A stretch of 64,000 nt of DNA, from the IMG/VR virus record IMGVR_UViG_3300027754_000044; one strand, given 5' to 3'. A model generated the notes under the pieces. That model ran no database searches, was not told the origin of the DNA, and saw nothing but the letters and a program-made list of their open reading frames with translations. Positions 27,059 to 33,440 of the stretch are shown piece by piece. The position numbers and the translations under genes were made by a program. Each line of letters starts with the position of its first letter. Position 1 is the stretch's first letter. This stretch comes from a virus.

Positions 27059-27959
27059 GGCGTTTTAAAATCTCACTGATGCCTTGATCTAGAGATATTT
27101 TAGACTTCCATCCAAATTCTGTAATTTTAGAGATATCTAGACACTTCTTCATCATACCATTTGGCTTAGATGAATCGAAATCTATAGATATATTCCTAGC
27201 ATTAGCTAATTCTAATATTTTTATGGTCAAATCGTGGATAGAAATATCCTCACCGGAGCCGATGTTTATATAATCTGTAAAAATATTATGAGCAGCGAAA
27301 ACTATTGCATCAGCTGCATCATCTACATGAAGAAATTCCCGTCTTGGTGATCCGTCACCCCATACGCTTATGCTGTATTCTTTTTTGGCCTTAGCATCTT
27401 TAATCTTATTGATGATAGATGATATGACATGGCCTCTTTCGGAAAAATCGTCATCGTATCCATATAGATTACAGGGTATCATAGAACGATAATTTGCACC
27501 AAATTTGATTCTAGCTTCTCTGGTTGCTTCCATTCCAAGAAGTTTAGCTACAGCATATCCTCTATTCGTATCTTCAACTGAGCCTGTAAAAATCTTTTCT
27601 TCTTTCATAGGCTGAGAACACTGAGATGGATACACACACGAGCTCGACATATAGAAAAAATTTTCGATCTCACAAGAAACTGCAGCATCAATAACATTGA
27701 CAGCCATCTTGGCATTATGAACTAAAAATTCATATGGATTAGCCATATTTGCACCAATCCCACCAACAAGACCCGCGCAATGATATATTGTATCAGGCTT
27801 AATCTTTTTAAAAAGTTTGACCAGTTCGTCTTGTTTTTTCGGATATGCTAAATCACAATCCTTAGATGAAAATGAAACAACTTCATTATCATCAGTCTGT
27901 AGTCTACGAACTATAGCAGAACCAAGTAATCCACTTCCACCCAATACTAAAATTTTCAT
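27048..27959 (-). CDS. colC: GDP-L-fucose/colitose synthase (Fcl/ColC)
   Basis: GGSGLLG, VGGIGAN, SSSCVYP, YAVAK, PCNLYG, HVI, WGDGSPRREFLHVDD. Confidence 0.85.
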   Translation of the reverse strand: MKILVLGGSGLLGSAIVRRLQTDDNEVVSFSSKDCDLAYPKKQDELVKLFKKIKPDTIYHCAGLVGGIGANMANPYEFLVHNAKMAVNVIDAAVSCEIENFFYMSSSCVYPSQCSQPMKEEKIFTGSVEDTNRGYAVAKLLGMEATREARIKFGANYRSMIPCNLYGYDDDFSERGHVISSIINKIKDAKAKKEYSISVWGDGSPRREFLHVDDAADAIVFAAHNIFTDYINIGSGEDISIHDLTIKILELANARNISIDFDSSKPNGMMKKCLDISKITEFGWKSKISLDQGISEILKRLDI

Positions 27960-29104
27960 CCTATAACCTTTCTAACATATTTTATTTTATCAGAAAGATC
28001 ACGATGATCATTCCCAAAAAAGAATCCATTCTTATCAAGATATTCCGCGTTCTTTAATTCACCATGAATTCTAGAGTTTAAATATTTCATGACTGGTTGC
28101 TTTGTAAAATTTCCGGTTACAATCGGACGAACTTCGACGCCAGATGATTGTAGTTTTTTGATGATTTCTTCTCTATTATTCTCACGACGACCTCTCAAGA
28201 CAACTCCAAATCCAAACCAACTAGATTTTGCTGCGTATTCTTTTTGCGTGATAAAGTCACAGCAGAATTCATTGAGAAACACTTCTGCATTTTCTCTACG
28301 CTTGGATATGATCTTATCCATTTTCTTTAACTGGACTGATCCTATAGCCCCACTCATCTCTAATGGTCTTACGCCGTAACCTGGAAGAATGAATTTAAAA
28401 CTATCTTCAAACGAATTGCCACTCTTAGTATGGAGCTCTGAAGTTCTTAGATCTCGTACCCATCCGTGCGCTCTCAAACTTCTCATATAGTCTGCAAGAG
28501 TATCATCGTCAGTAACTATCATTCCACCTTCCATCGTTTGAAGATGATGACTAAAGAAGAATGAAAATGTTCCAAATGTTCCAAATGTTCCTGTTTGTTT
28601 TTCGTAAAAGGTTGCGCCCAAGCTCTCACAATTATCTTCTATCAATTCGATTTTGTGATTATAACAAATACTTTTAAGAAAAAATAGATTGCAAGGATTA
28701 CCTAAAAGATTTACTGCTAGGATTGCGCAAGTTTTTGGTGTGATTGCGCGAACAATATTTTTTGTGCATATATTGAATGTGTTGATATCTATGTCAACAA
28801 ATACTGGAACCAATCCTAATTGCACGATTGGAAAATATGTTGTTGACCAGCTAACTGCAGGAACAATAACTTCACTACCGGGTTTTATTTTTTGCTTTAG
28901 AATTAAAGCATGAAGTCCGACTAGATTTGCGGAGCTTCCAGAATTCGTCATGATCGCATTGCGCGATCCGATTTTATCGGCAAATTCTTTTTCAAATTTA
29001 GCAACGTGAGGGCCCATGGTATATCTACCACCGACCATCACTTTAAGTATTGCTAATTTTTCTTTCCAATCCCAACTATCAGTCGCCAGAGGATAATTTA
29101 TCAT
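27956..29104 (-). CDS. colD: PLP-dependent GDP-4-keto-6-deoxymannose 3-dehydratase (ColD-like, DegT family)
   Basis: NSGSSANL, PAVSWSTT, EDNCES, SFFFSHHLQTMEGG (His in place of the Schiff-base Lys), RAHGW. Confidence 0.85.
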   Translation of the reverse strand: MINYPLATDSWDWKEKLAILKVMVGGRYTMGPHVAKFEKEFADKIGSRNAIMTNSGSSANLVGLHALILKQKIKPGSEVIVPAVSWSTTYFPIVQLGLVPVFVDIDINTFNICTKNIVRAITPKTCAILAVNLLGNPCNLFFLKSICYNHKIELIEDNCESLGATFYEKQTGTFGTFGTFSFFFSHHLQTMEGGMIVTDDDTLADYMRSLRAHGWVRDLRTSELHTKSGNSFEDSFKFILPGYGVRPLEMSGAIGSVQLKKMDKIISKRRENAEVFLNEFCCDFITQKEYAAKSSWFGFGVVLRGRRENNREEIIKKLQSSGVEVRPIVTGNFTKQPVMKYLNSRIHGELKNAEYLDKNGFFFGNDHRDLSDKIKYVRKVIG

Positions 29105-29184
29105 GATTATACCATTTCGTCAATAAGGTCATTAAAATAAGTTCCAACGAATATATTTAGTGCCTTAGAGACACGATGGTATAA

Positions 29185-29655
29185 TCATGCGACCCTAATG
29201 CTTTTTAATCTATCTGCTGCGTATGATGCGGCAAAGGCATTTGGTTTAACAAGAGGAATAACATTACACATTCCTTTGATATAACCAATCGCTTGATTGA
29301 TAACGCAGCTGCTACCATATTCCATATCTGGATTGATGTCAAGATGAACTTCAACATCGCGACCTTCCAACACTTCTCCAAGTTTCAGATAAAGTTCAGC
29401 CACTTTATAGACTTCATTCATCAGTCTGAGCGATGGTTTATTGGCTTTGGTATCATAGTCTTTTTCGGTATGAACTTCACCGAAAATTTTGCACCCCCGA
29501 GATCCATCGATATGCACAACAATCGCTAAGATGTAATCAGCATACCATTGCCCATTAACTCTATATTTTTCTGAATCACAACCAAGATAAATTTTAGTGG
29601 AAGGATTTTGCGCTTCTATAAAAGTCTTAACTTCTTGTAAATTTAATTTCTTCAT
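29185..29655 (-). CDS. RNase H-like YkuK family protein
   Basis: YLGCDS, RLMNEV, EVHLDIN, KPNAFAASYAAD; start reassigned to MKKLNLQ with SD AAAGGAG. Confidence 0.85.
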   Translation of the reverse strand: MKKLNLQEVKTFIEAQNPSTKIYLGCDSEKYRVNGQWYADYILAIVVHIDGSRGCKIFGEVHTEKDYDTKANKPSLRLMNEVYKVAELYLKLGEVLEGRDVEVHLDINPDMEYGSSCVINQAIGYIKGMCNVIPLVKPNAFAASYAADRLKSIRVA

Positions 29656-29679
29656 ACAAACTCCTTTCATTAAAAATAT

Positions 29680-29757
29680 TGGCCGGTCTTGAGGGATTCG
29701 AACCCCCGACTTCCAGCTTCGTAAACTGGCACTCTGAATCCGCTGAGTTAAAGACCG
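29680..29757 (-). tRNA. tRNA-Arg(ACG)
   Basis: Hand-folded cloverleaf; loop TT-ACG-AA; encoded CCA. Confidence 0.9.
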
Positions 29758-29765
29758 ATATTCGT

Positions 29766-29841
29766 TGGGGTGACTAGAGAGGATCGAACTCTCACTACCT
29801 AGTTCACAGCCAGGTATGCAGACCACTACATTATAGCCACC
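29766..29841 (-). tRNA. tRNA-His(GUG)
   Basis: Loop CT-GTG-AA; G-1:C73; CCA. Confidence 0.9.
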
Positions 29842-29850
29842 ATTGTTCTT

Positions 29851-29928
29851 TGGTAGATGGACTCAGAATCGAACTGAGTTCTCATGCTCTTCAGGCATGC
29901 GCTGAATCACCAGACTAGCTCTCCATCT
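29851..29928 (-). tRNA. tRNA-Phe(GAA)
   Basis: Loop CT-GAA-GA; CCA. Confidence 0.9.
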
Positions 29929-29933
29929 AAAAC

Positions 29934-30009
29934 TGGCATCCCTAGCAAGATTCGAACTTGCGACCGCTTCGTTAGGACCGAAGAACTCTGTCCGCTGAGT
30001 TATAGAGAT
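29934..30009 (-). tRNA. tRNA-Arg(CCU)
   Basis: Loop GT-CCT-AA (unusual G32); CCA. Confidence 0.85.
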
Positions 30010-30011
30010 AT

Positions 30012-30085
30012 TGGCCCCGGCGGAGAGAATCGAACTCCCATAAGCAGATTTGGAGGCTGCCGTAATACCATTATACTACACCGAG
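30012..30085 (-). tRNA. tRNA-Trp(CCA)
   Basis: Loop CT-CCA-AA; G73; CCA. Confidence 0.85.
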
Positions 30086-30090
30086 AAATT

Positions 30091-30165
30091 TGGTACCATC
30101 TAGTGGGATTGAACCACTGACCAACGCGTTATCAACACGCTGCTCTACCGCTGAGCTAAGATGGT
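30091..30165 (-). tRNA. tRNA-Ile(GAU)
   Basis: Loop TT-GAT-AA; CCA. Confidence 0.9.
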
Positions 30166-30171
30166 AAATAC

Positions 30172-30248
30172 TGGTGCGCCCAGACAGATTCGAACTGCCG
30201 ACCTAACGGGTAGAAACCGTTGGCTCTAATCCACTGAGCTATGGGCGC
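30172..30248 (-). tRNA. tRNA-Arg(UCU)
   Basis: Loop TT-TCT-AC; CCA. Confidence 0.9.
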
Positions 30249-30255
30249 AAAAATT

Positions 30256-30331
30256 TGGTAGTAATGGTTGGACTCAAACCAACGATCTTTTCCGTATGAA
30301 GGAACTGCATTAGTCACTATGCTACATTACC
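30256..30331 (-). tRNA. tRNA-Met(CAU), elongator (Ile2 not excluded)
   Basis: Loop TT-CAT-AC; CCA. Confidence 0.8.
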
Positions 30332-30496
30332 ATAAGAAACTGCACTGGCAGGTGGGGTATCCAGCTAGTCAAGATGTCTACTATCCTGAAATCATCGCTT
30401 GCCCATCCTCCTTTTCTCCGCTGCAGGCGGAGTTACGAGCATATCTCCTCGAGAAAATATGAACGTATCTTTCCTTACCAATGCAGTTACTTATGG
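30330..30496 (-). ncRNA. closing-helix RNA cassette 1 (candidate ncRNA)
   Basis: CCA-UAAGUAACUG-CAUU-GGUA ... UGCC-AGUG-CAGUUUCUUA-UGG, about 20 bp; internal hairpin CUCCGC/GCGGAG. Confidence 0.65.
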
Positions 30497-30570
30497 TGCC
30501 CCAGAGGAGACTCGAACTCCTAAAATTCGGCTTCTAAGACCGACACGTATGCCAATTCCGTCACCGGGGC
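30494..30570 (-). tRNA. tRNA-Leu(UAG), short variable loop
   Basis: Loop CT-TAG-AA; 77 nt; CCA. Confidence 0.9.
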
Positions 30571-30572
30571 TT

Positions 30573-30647
30573 TGGTAGAAGTTAAAGGGATTGAACCTTT
30601 GACCTTCGCCTTGTAAGGGCGTTGCTCTACCGCTGAGCTAAACTTCC
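30573..30647 (-). tRNA. tRNA-Val(UAC)
   Basis: Loop CT-TAC-AA; CCA. Confidence 0.9.
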
Positions 30648-30653
30648 ATATAA

Positions 30654-30728
30654 TGGTGGAGATGGAGAGAATCGAACTCTCAATTTCTGGTTGCAAACCA
30701 GATGTGTTCCCATTAGCACTACACCCCC
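30654..30728 (-). tRNA. tRNA-Ala(UGC)
   Basis: Loop TT-TGC-AA; G3:U70; CCA. Confidence 0.9.
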
Positions 30729-30744
30729 AAATACTGAATTACTA

Positions 30745-30831
30745 TGGTGCAAGTGGCGGGAATCGAACCCGCATGCCCTTGCGAGCGAGAGATTTTAAGT
30801 CTCTTATGTATACCTGTTCCATCACACTTGC
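30745..30831 (-). tRNA. tRNA-Leu(UAA)
   Basis: Loop CT-TAA-AA; long variable arm; CCA. Confidence 0.9.
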
Positions 30832-30836
30832 AATTC

Positions 30837-30912
30837 TGGTCGGTGTGGAGAGTTTCGAACTCCCGACCTCATGGTCCCAAACCACGCACTCTACCAGCTG
30901 AGCTACACACCG
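30837..30912 (-). tRNA. tRNA-Pro(UGG)
   Basis: Loop TT-TGG-GA; CCA. Confidence 0.9.
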
Positions 30913-30920
30913 AAAAATAC

Positions 30921-30999
30921 TGGTTGCGGAGGCAGGATTCGCACCTGCGATCTCCAGCTTATGAGGCTGGCGGGGACGACTGGGCTCCCCTACTCCGCG
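30921..30999 (-). tRNA. tRNA-fMet(CAU), initiator-like
   Basis: Loop CT-CAT-AA; C1:A72 mismatch; CCA. Confidence 0.85.
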
Positions 31000-31006
31000 A
31001 TCGTTC

Positions 31007-31081
31007 TGGCTCCTCGACGTGGGATCGAACCACGGACCAATTGATTAACAGTCAACTGCTCTACCGCTGAGCTATCGAGGA
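31007..31081 (-). tRNA. tRNA-Asn(GUU)
   Basis: Loop CT-GTT-AA; CCA. Confidence 0.9.
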
Positions 31082-31088
31082 ATAAATC

Positions 31089-31181
31089 TGGTGGAAGCAA
31101 CTGGAGTCGAACCAGTAATGTTTACCCTGAGGGATCGGATTTACAGTCCGAGGATGCACACGCCGTAGCATCAATACTTCC
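31089..31181 (-). tRNA. tRNA-Tyr(GUA)
   Basis: Loop CT-GTA-AA; long variable arm; CCA. Confidence 0.85.
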
Positions 31182-31772
31182 GAATAAAATTCGTTTTGCT
31201 TCATCATAATACATAGATCCAGGATTTTCAACTCTTAATGTAAGTATCACACGAGGATTAGATGAGTTTGTATTATCCCACGAATGAAACATCTCTGTGT
31301 TAAATAACAAACACTCATTTGGTTGTGCTATCATAATTTTGTTCGCAGGAGGTAATTTTTTACCTTTGGTTACCAATTTTCTTGAGTAATGATCAAATTC
31401 TCTTTCCCAACCTTCAAAAGATTCATCACACCACCACTGAGTGATACATTTTTCATCGAGTATTTTGATAGGAATATTAATACTAAATCTATGATCACAC
31501 GAATCCTTATGAACTCTAGAGCCACCGTTTGGCCGCGTGCTAAAAAATGCAACTCGATCTTTTATAAAATCAAATTTATTGTTCATAGGGAGATGTTTTA
31601 TGATTTTATTTGCAGTTTCAACATCAAAATTAATATGATCGTATGTTGAGCCTTTTCGAATATTGCTATTATCGAGTGATTGCTGACTTATAAAATTAAT
31701 TACATCTGATAATCCATCCCAGGTAAATCTCACATAATATGGACTGCAGTCTTCGATTATAGTGTAATCCAT
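31122..31772 (-). CDS. cupin/2OG-Fe(II) oxygenase-like protein within the tRNA array
   Basis: VHKD...SINIPI...LFNTEMFHSWDN...RVILTLR; SD AAAGGA; last 20 codons (incl. stop) lie in tRNA-Tyr. Confidence 0.75.
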   Translation of the reverse strand: MDYTIIEDCSPYYVRFTWDGLSDVINFISQQSLDNSNIRKGSTYDHINFDVETANKIIKHLPMNNKFDFIKDRVAFFSTRPNGGSRVHKDSCDHRFSINIPIKILDEKCITQWWCDESFEGWEREFDHYSRKLVTKGKKLPPANKIMIAQPNECLLFNTEMFHSWDNTNSSNPRVILTLRVENPGSMYYDEAKRILFGSIDATACASSDCKSDPSG

Positions 31773-31789
31773 TTATAATCCTTTATGTT

Positions 31790-31864
31790 TGGTGCCCGAT
31801 GTCTGGATTGAACAGACGACCTGCCGCTTACAAGGCGGCTGCTCTGCCACTGAGCTAATCGGGC
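31790..31864 (-). tRNA. tRNA-Thr(UGU)
   Basis: Loop CT-TGT-AA; CCA. Confidence 0.9.
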
Positions 31865-31880
31865 GTTGTATTCAGTTACT

Positions 31881-31909
31881 ATTATACTCGCCATTGACTT
31901 AAAAGGCAA
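31881..31909 (-). promoter_or_regulatory. internal promoter of the tRNA array
   Basis: TTGCCT-17-TATAAT, 16 nt upstream of tRNA-Thr. Confidence 0.7.
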
Positions 31910-31918
31910 GCATTATTT

Positions 31919-31996
31919 TGGAAGTGAGGGTCGGATTCGAACCGACGATTTTAGAGTTTTGCAGGCTCTTGCATTTGACCACTCTGCCACCCCACT
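31919..31996 (-). tRNA. tRNA-Cys(GCA)
   Basis: Loop CT-GCA-AA; U73; CCA. Confidence 0.85.
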
Positions 31997-32136
31997 AATT
32001 CTTCAATTCTATTGGCCGCTTCTTCTAACAAATCTGCAATTCTATCTGGTGCATTTTCTTGCACAGACTTTCTTGTAGAAATCTGCCTACGAATTTCGGC
32101 TCGTTTTCGTAACCGATAAATTAAATCTTCATCCAT
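31951..32136 (-). CDS. small conserved phage protein (LRKRAEIRRQI..RKSVQE..PDRIADLLEEAA)
   Basis: SD GGAG; C-terminus reads into tRNA-Cys. Confidence 0.7.
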   Translation of the reverse strand: MDEDLIYRLRKRAEIRRQISTRKSVQENAPDRIADLLEEAANRIEELVGWQSGQMQEPAKL

Positions 32137-32169
32137 AAAAACTCCATATCATCCATAAAAACTCCATAT
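32130..32169. repeat. 20-bp perfect tandem duplication covering RBS and start codon
   Basis: CATCCATAAAAACTCCATAT x2. Confidence 0.9.
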
Positions 32170-32170
32170 T

Positions 32171-32266
32171 TGGTACTCCCCGAAGGTTTCGAACCTTCCC
32201 GTTCCAGCCTATCTGACCAGTCTCCACGCTTTATAAGGGCATGCCGCACGCCGAGTGCTGGGGAGC
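32171..32266 (-). tRNA. class II (long variable arm) tRNA-Ile(UAU)
   Basis: Acceptor GCTCCCC/GGGGAGT; loop CT-TAT-AA; T-arm GAAGG-TTCGAAA-CCTTC; minimal D-loop; CCA. Confidence 0.7.
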
Positions 32267-32280
32267 AAAACTTTTAATTT

Positions 32281-32375
32281 TGGCGGAGAATATTGGATTC
32301 GAACCAATGGACCGAACTCATCGCCCGGTCGGCGGTTTAGCAAACCGCAGCCTTCGACCACTCAGCCAATTCTCC
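32281..32375 (-). tRNA. tRNA-Ser(GCU)
   Basis: Loop TT-GCT-AA; long variable arm; CCA. Confidence 0.9.
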
Positions 32376-32384
32376 TGTAATTCT

Positions 32385-32460
32385 TGGCGACTCGTAGGGG
32401 TTTCGATCCCCTTACCTCATGCGTGACAGGCATGTGCTCTCCCGATTGAGCTAACGAGCC
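32385..32460 (-). tRNA. tRNA-Asp(GUC)
   Basis: Loop CT-GTC-AC; CCA. Confidence 0.9.
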
Positions 32461-32464
32461 GAAA

Positions 32465-32630
32465 ATTGTAGAGTCGCAGTTTCTAGGCCCGACCCAATGG
32501 ATAGTCTCTACTATCGCCATAGTGAACATTTTTCGCAAACTGTATTGATTAATTTGCAGGTTCGTTAAACCTTCAGTGGGCACAAATATCCCATTTCGGG
32601 AATCCCCAATCGGAGCATTCTTTGGCGCCA
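32465..32630 (-). ncRNA. candidate multibranched structured RNA between tRNA-Ser(UGA) and tRNA-Asp
   Basis: Nested helices CGCCA/UGGCG, UCCC/GGGA, GAAC/GUUC, GCAAA/UUUGC, GUAGAG/CUCUAC. Confidence 0.45.
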
Positions 32631-32634
32631 ACTC

Positions 32635-32724
32635 TGGCGGAAGCGGTGAGATTCGAACTCACGGACCCTTGCGGGCCGCTAGTTTTCAAGACTAGTGCCT
32701 TAACCCAGGCTCAGCCACACTTCC
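32635..32724 (-). tRNA. tRNA-Ser(UGA)
   Basis: Loop CT-TGA-AA; long variable arm; CCA. Confidence 0.9.
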
Positions 32725-32733
32725 TTATCCTAA

Positions 32734-32813
32734 CATATGGAAACACACTGCCTCTCTTTGTAGTCGGAGCCCATGGAAAGAATTCGCCCCATCGGCAATG
32801 TGTTTTCATATGG
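32734..32813 (-). ncRNA. closing-helix RNA cassette 2 (candidate ncRNA)
   Basis: CCA-UAUGAAAACA-CAUU-GCC ... GGC-AGUG-UGUUUCCAUA-UG. Confidence 0.65.
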
Positions 32814-32887
32814 TGGGAGTGGTAGGAATCGAACCTAACTCTTAGCGGATTAAAAGTCCGTTGTGCAAGCCTTTACACCACACTCCC
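32811..32887 (-). tRNA. tRNA-Lys(UUU)
   Basis: Loop CT-TTT-AA; CCA. Confidence 0.9.
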
Positions 32888-32919
32888 TATGTCTTGCGTG
32901 TTTTGGATTTTCGCTTCAT
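32887..32919 (-). CDS. 10-aa mini-ORF MKRKSKTRKT
   Basis: SD AAAGGA 7 nt before ATG; the G of its TAG is G1 of tRNA-Lys. Confidence 0.45.
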   Translation of the reverse strand: MKRKSKTRKT

Positions 32920-32950
32920 ACAATTTCCTTTCTGTTAAATTAAAATTTTT

Positions 32951-33026
32951 TGGTAGGGGATACAGGGATCGAACCTGTGTATGACGGAATCAAAATCCGT
33001 TGCCTTACCATCTTGGCTAATCCCCA
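32951..33026 (-). tRNA. tRNA-Gln(UUG)
   Basis: Loop TT-TTG-AT; CCA. Confidence 0.9.
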
Positions 33027-33033
33027 ACAATTC

Positions 33034-33107
33034 TGGGGCGGCTAGAGAGAATCGAACTCTCGTCCTGAGCTTGGAAGGCTCTCATTCTACCATTGAACTA
33101 CAGCCGC
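33034..33107 (-). tRNA. tRNA-Gly(UCC)
   Basis: Loop CT-TCC-AA; CCA; C73 is atypical. Confidence 0.85.
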
Positions 33108-33118
33108 ATTACTAATTC

Positions 33119-33204
33119 TGGTGAAGCATACTGGAATCGAACCAGTGTAGGAAAGTCACTTTATGTGTCTGGGCTACCAACAGCGCCTCTACTCCCAATG
33201 CTTC
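33119..33204 (-). ncRNA. tRNA-like RNA: acceptor stem, T-arm and CCA, no canonical D/anticodon arms
   Basis: GAAGCAU/AUGCUUC-A-CCA; ACUGG-UUCGAUU-CCAGU. Confidence 0.7.
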
Positions 33205-33327
33205 ATATTAGATCATACTCAATAATTCCTTAATGCTGGCACACTAAGTTTTCGCACCCTGCCAGGGGCACCGAATTCAGCTACGCCGAGAGCTTTGCCA
33301 AACCCGTCGAATATGATTTAATATGAA
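33202..33327 (-). ncRNA. closing-helix RNA cassette 4 (candidate ncRNA)
   Basis: UCA-UAUUAAAUCA-UAUU-C ... G-AGUA-UGAUCUAAUA-UGA. Confidence 0.65.
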
Positions 33328-33440
33328 CCATATTGAAGCACACTCTGCAGGAATCGAACTCTGCCAACTCAGCACCTAGACGCCAAGCTATCAACCATTA
33401 TATCTGCGTGGCCTACGCATTTGAATGTGCTTCAATATGG
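33328..33440 (-). ncRNA. closing-helix RNA cassette 3 with T-loop (candidate tRNA mimic)
   Basis: CCA-UAUUGAAGCA-CAUU-C ... G-AGUG-UGCUUCAAUA-UGG; contains GCAG-A-GUUCGAUUC-CUGC. Confidence 0.7.

Noticed and set aside
30360-30375. UUGACUAG in cassette 1 resembling the Y RNA Ro-binding strand
   Set aside because: The complementary bulged-C 5' strand is absent; probably chance.
32171-32266. Possible ochre suppressor (UUA) reading, or genetic-code reassignment
   Set aside because: The 7-nt loop with U33 gives UAU. Core genes are full-length in code 11 and use TAA, TAG and TGA as stops.
29656-32825. ORF-track entries across the tRNA array (29884, 30268, 30653, 30744, 31866, 32241, 32362, 32622) and the N-terminal extension of 29185-29826
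   Set aside because: They are translations of tRNA/ncRNA sequence; the YkuK-like gene has its own SD-led start at 29655.
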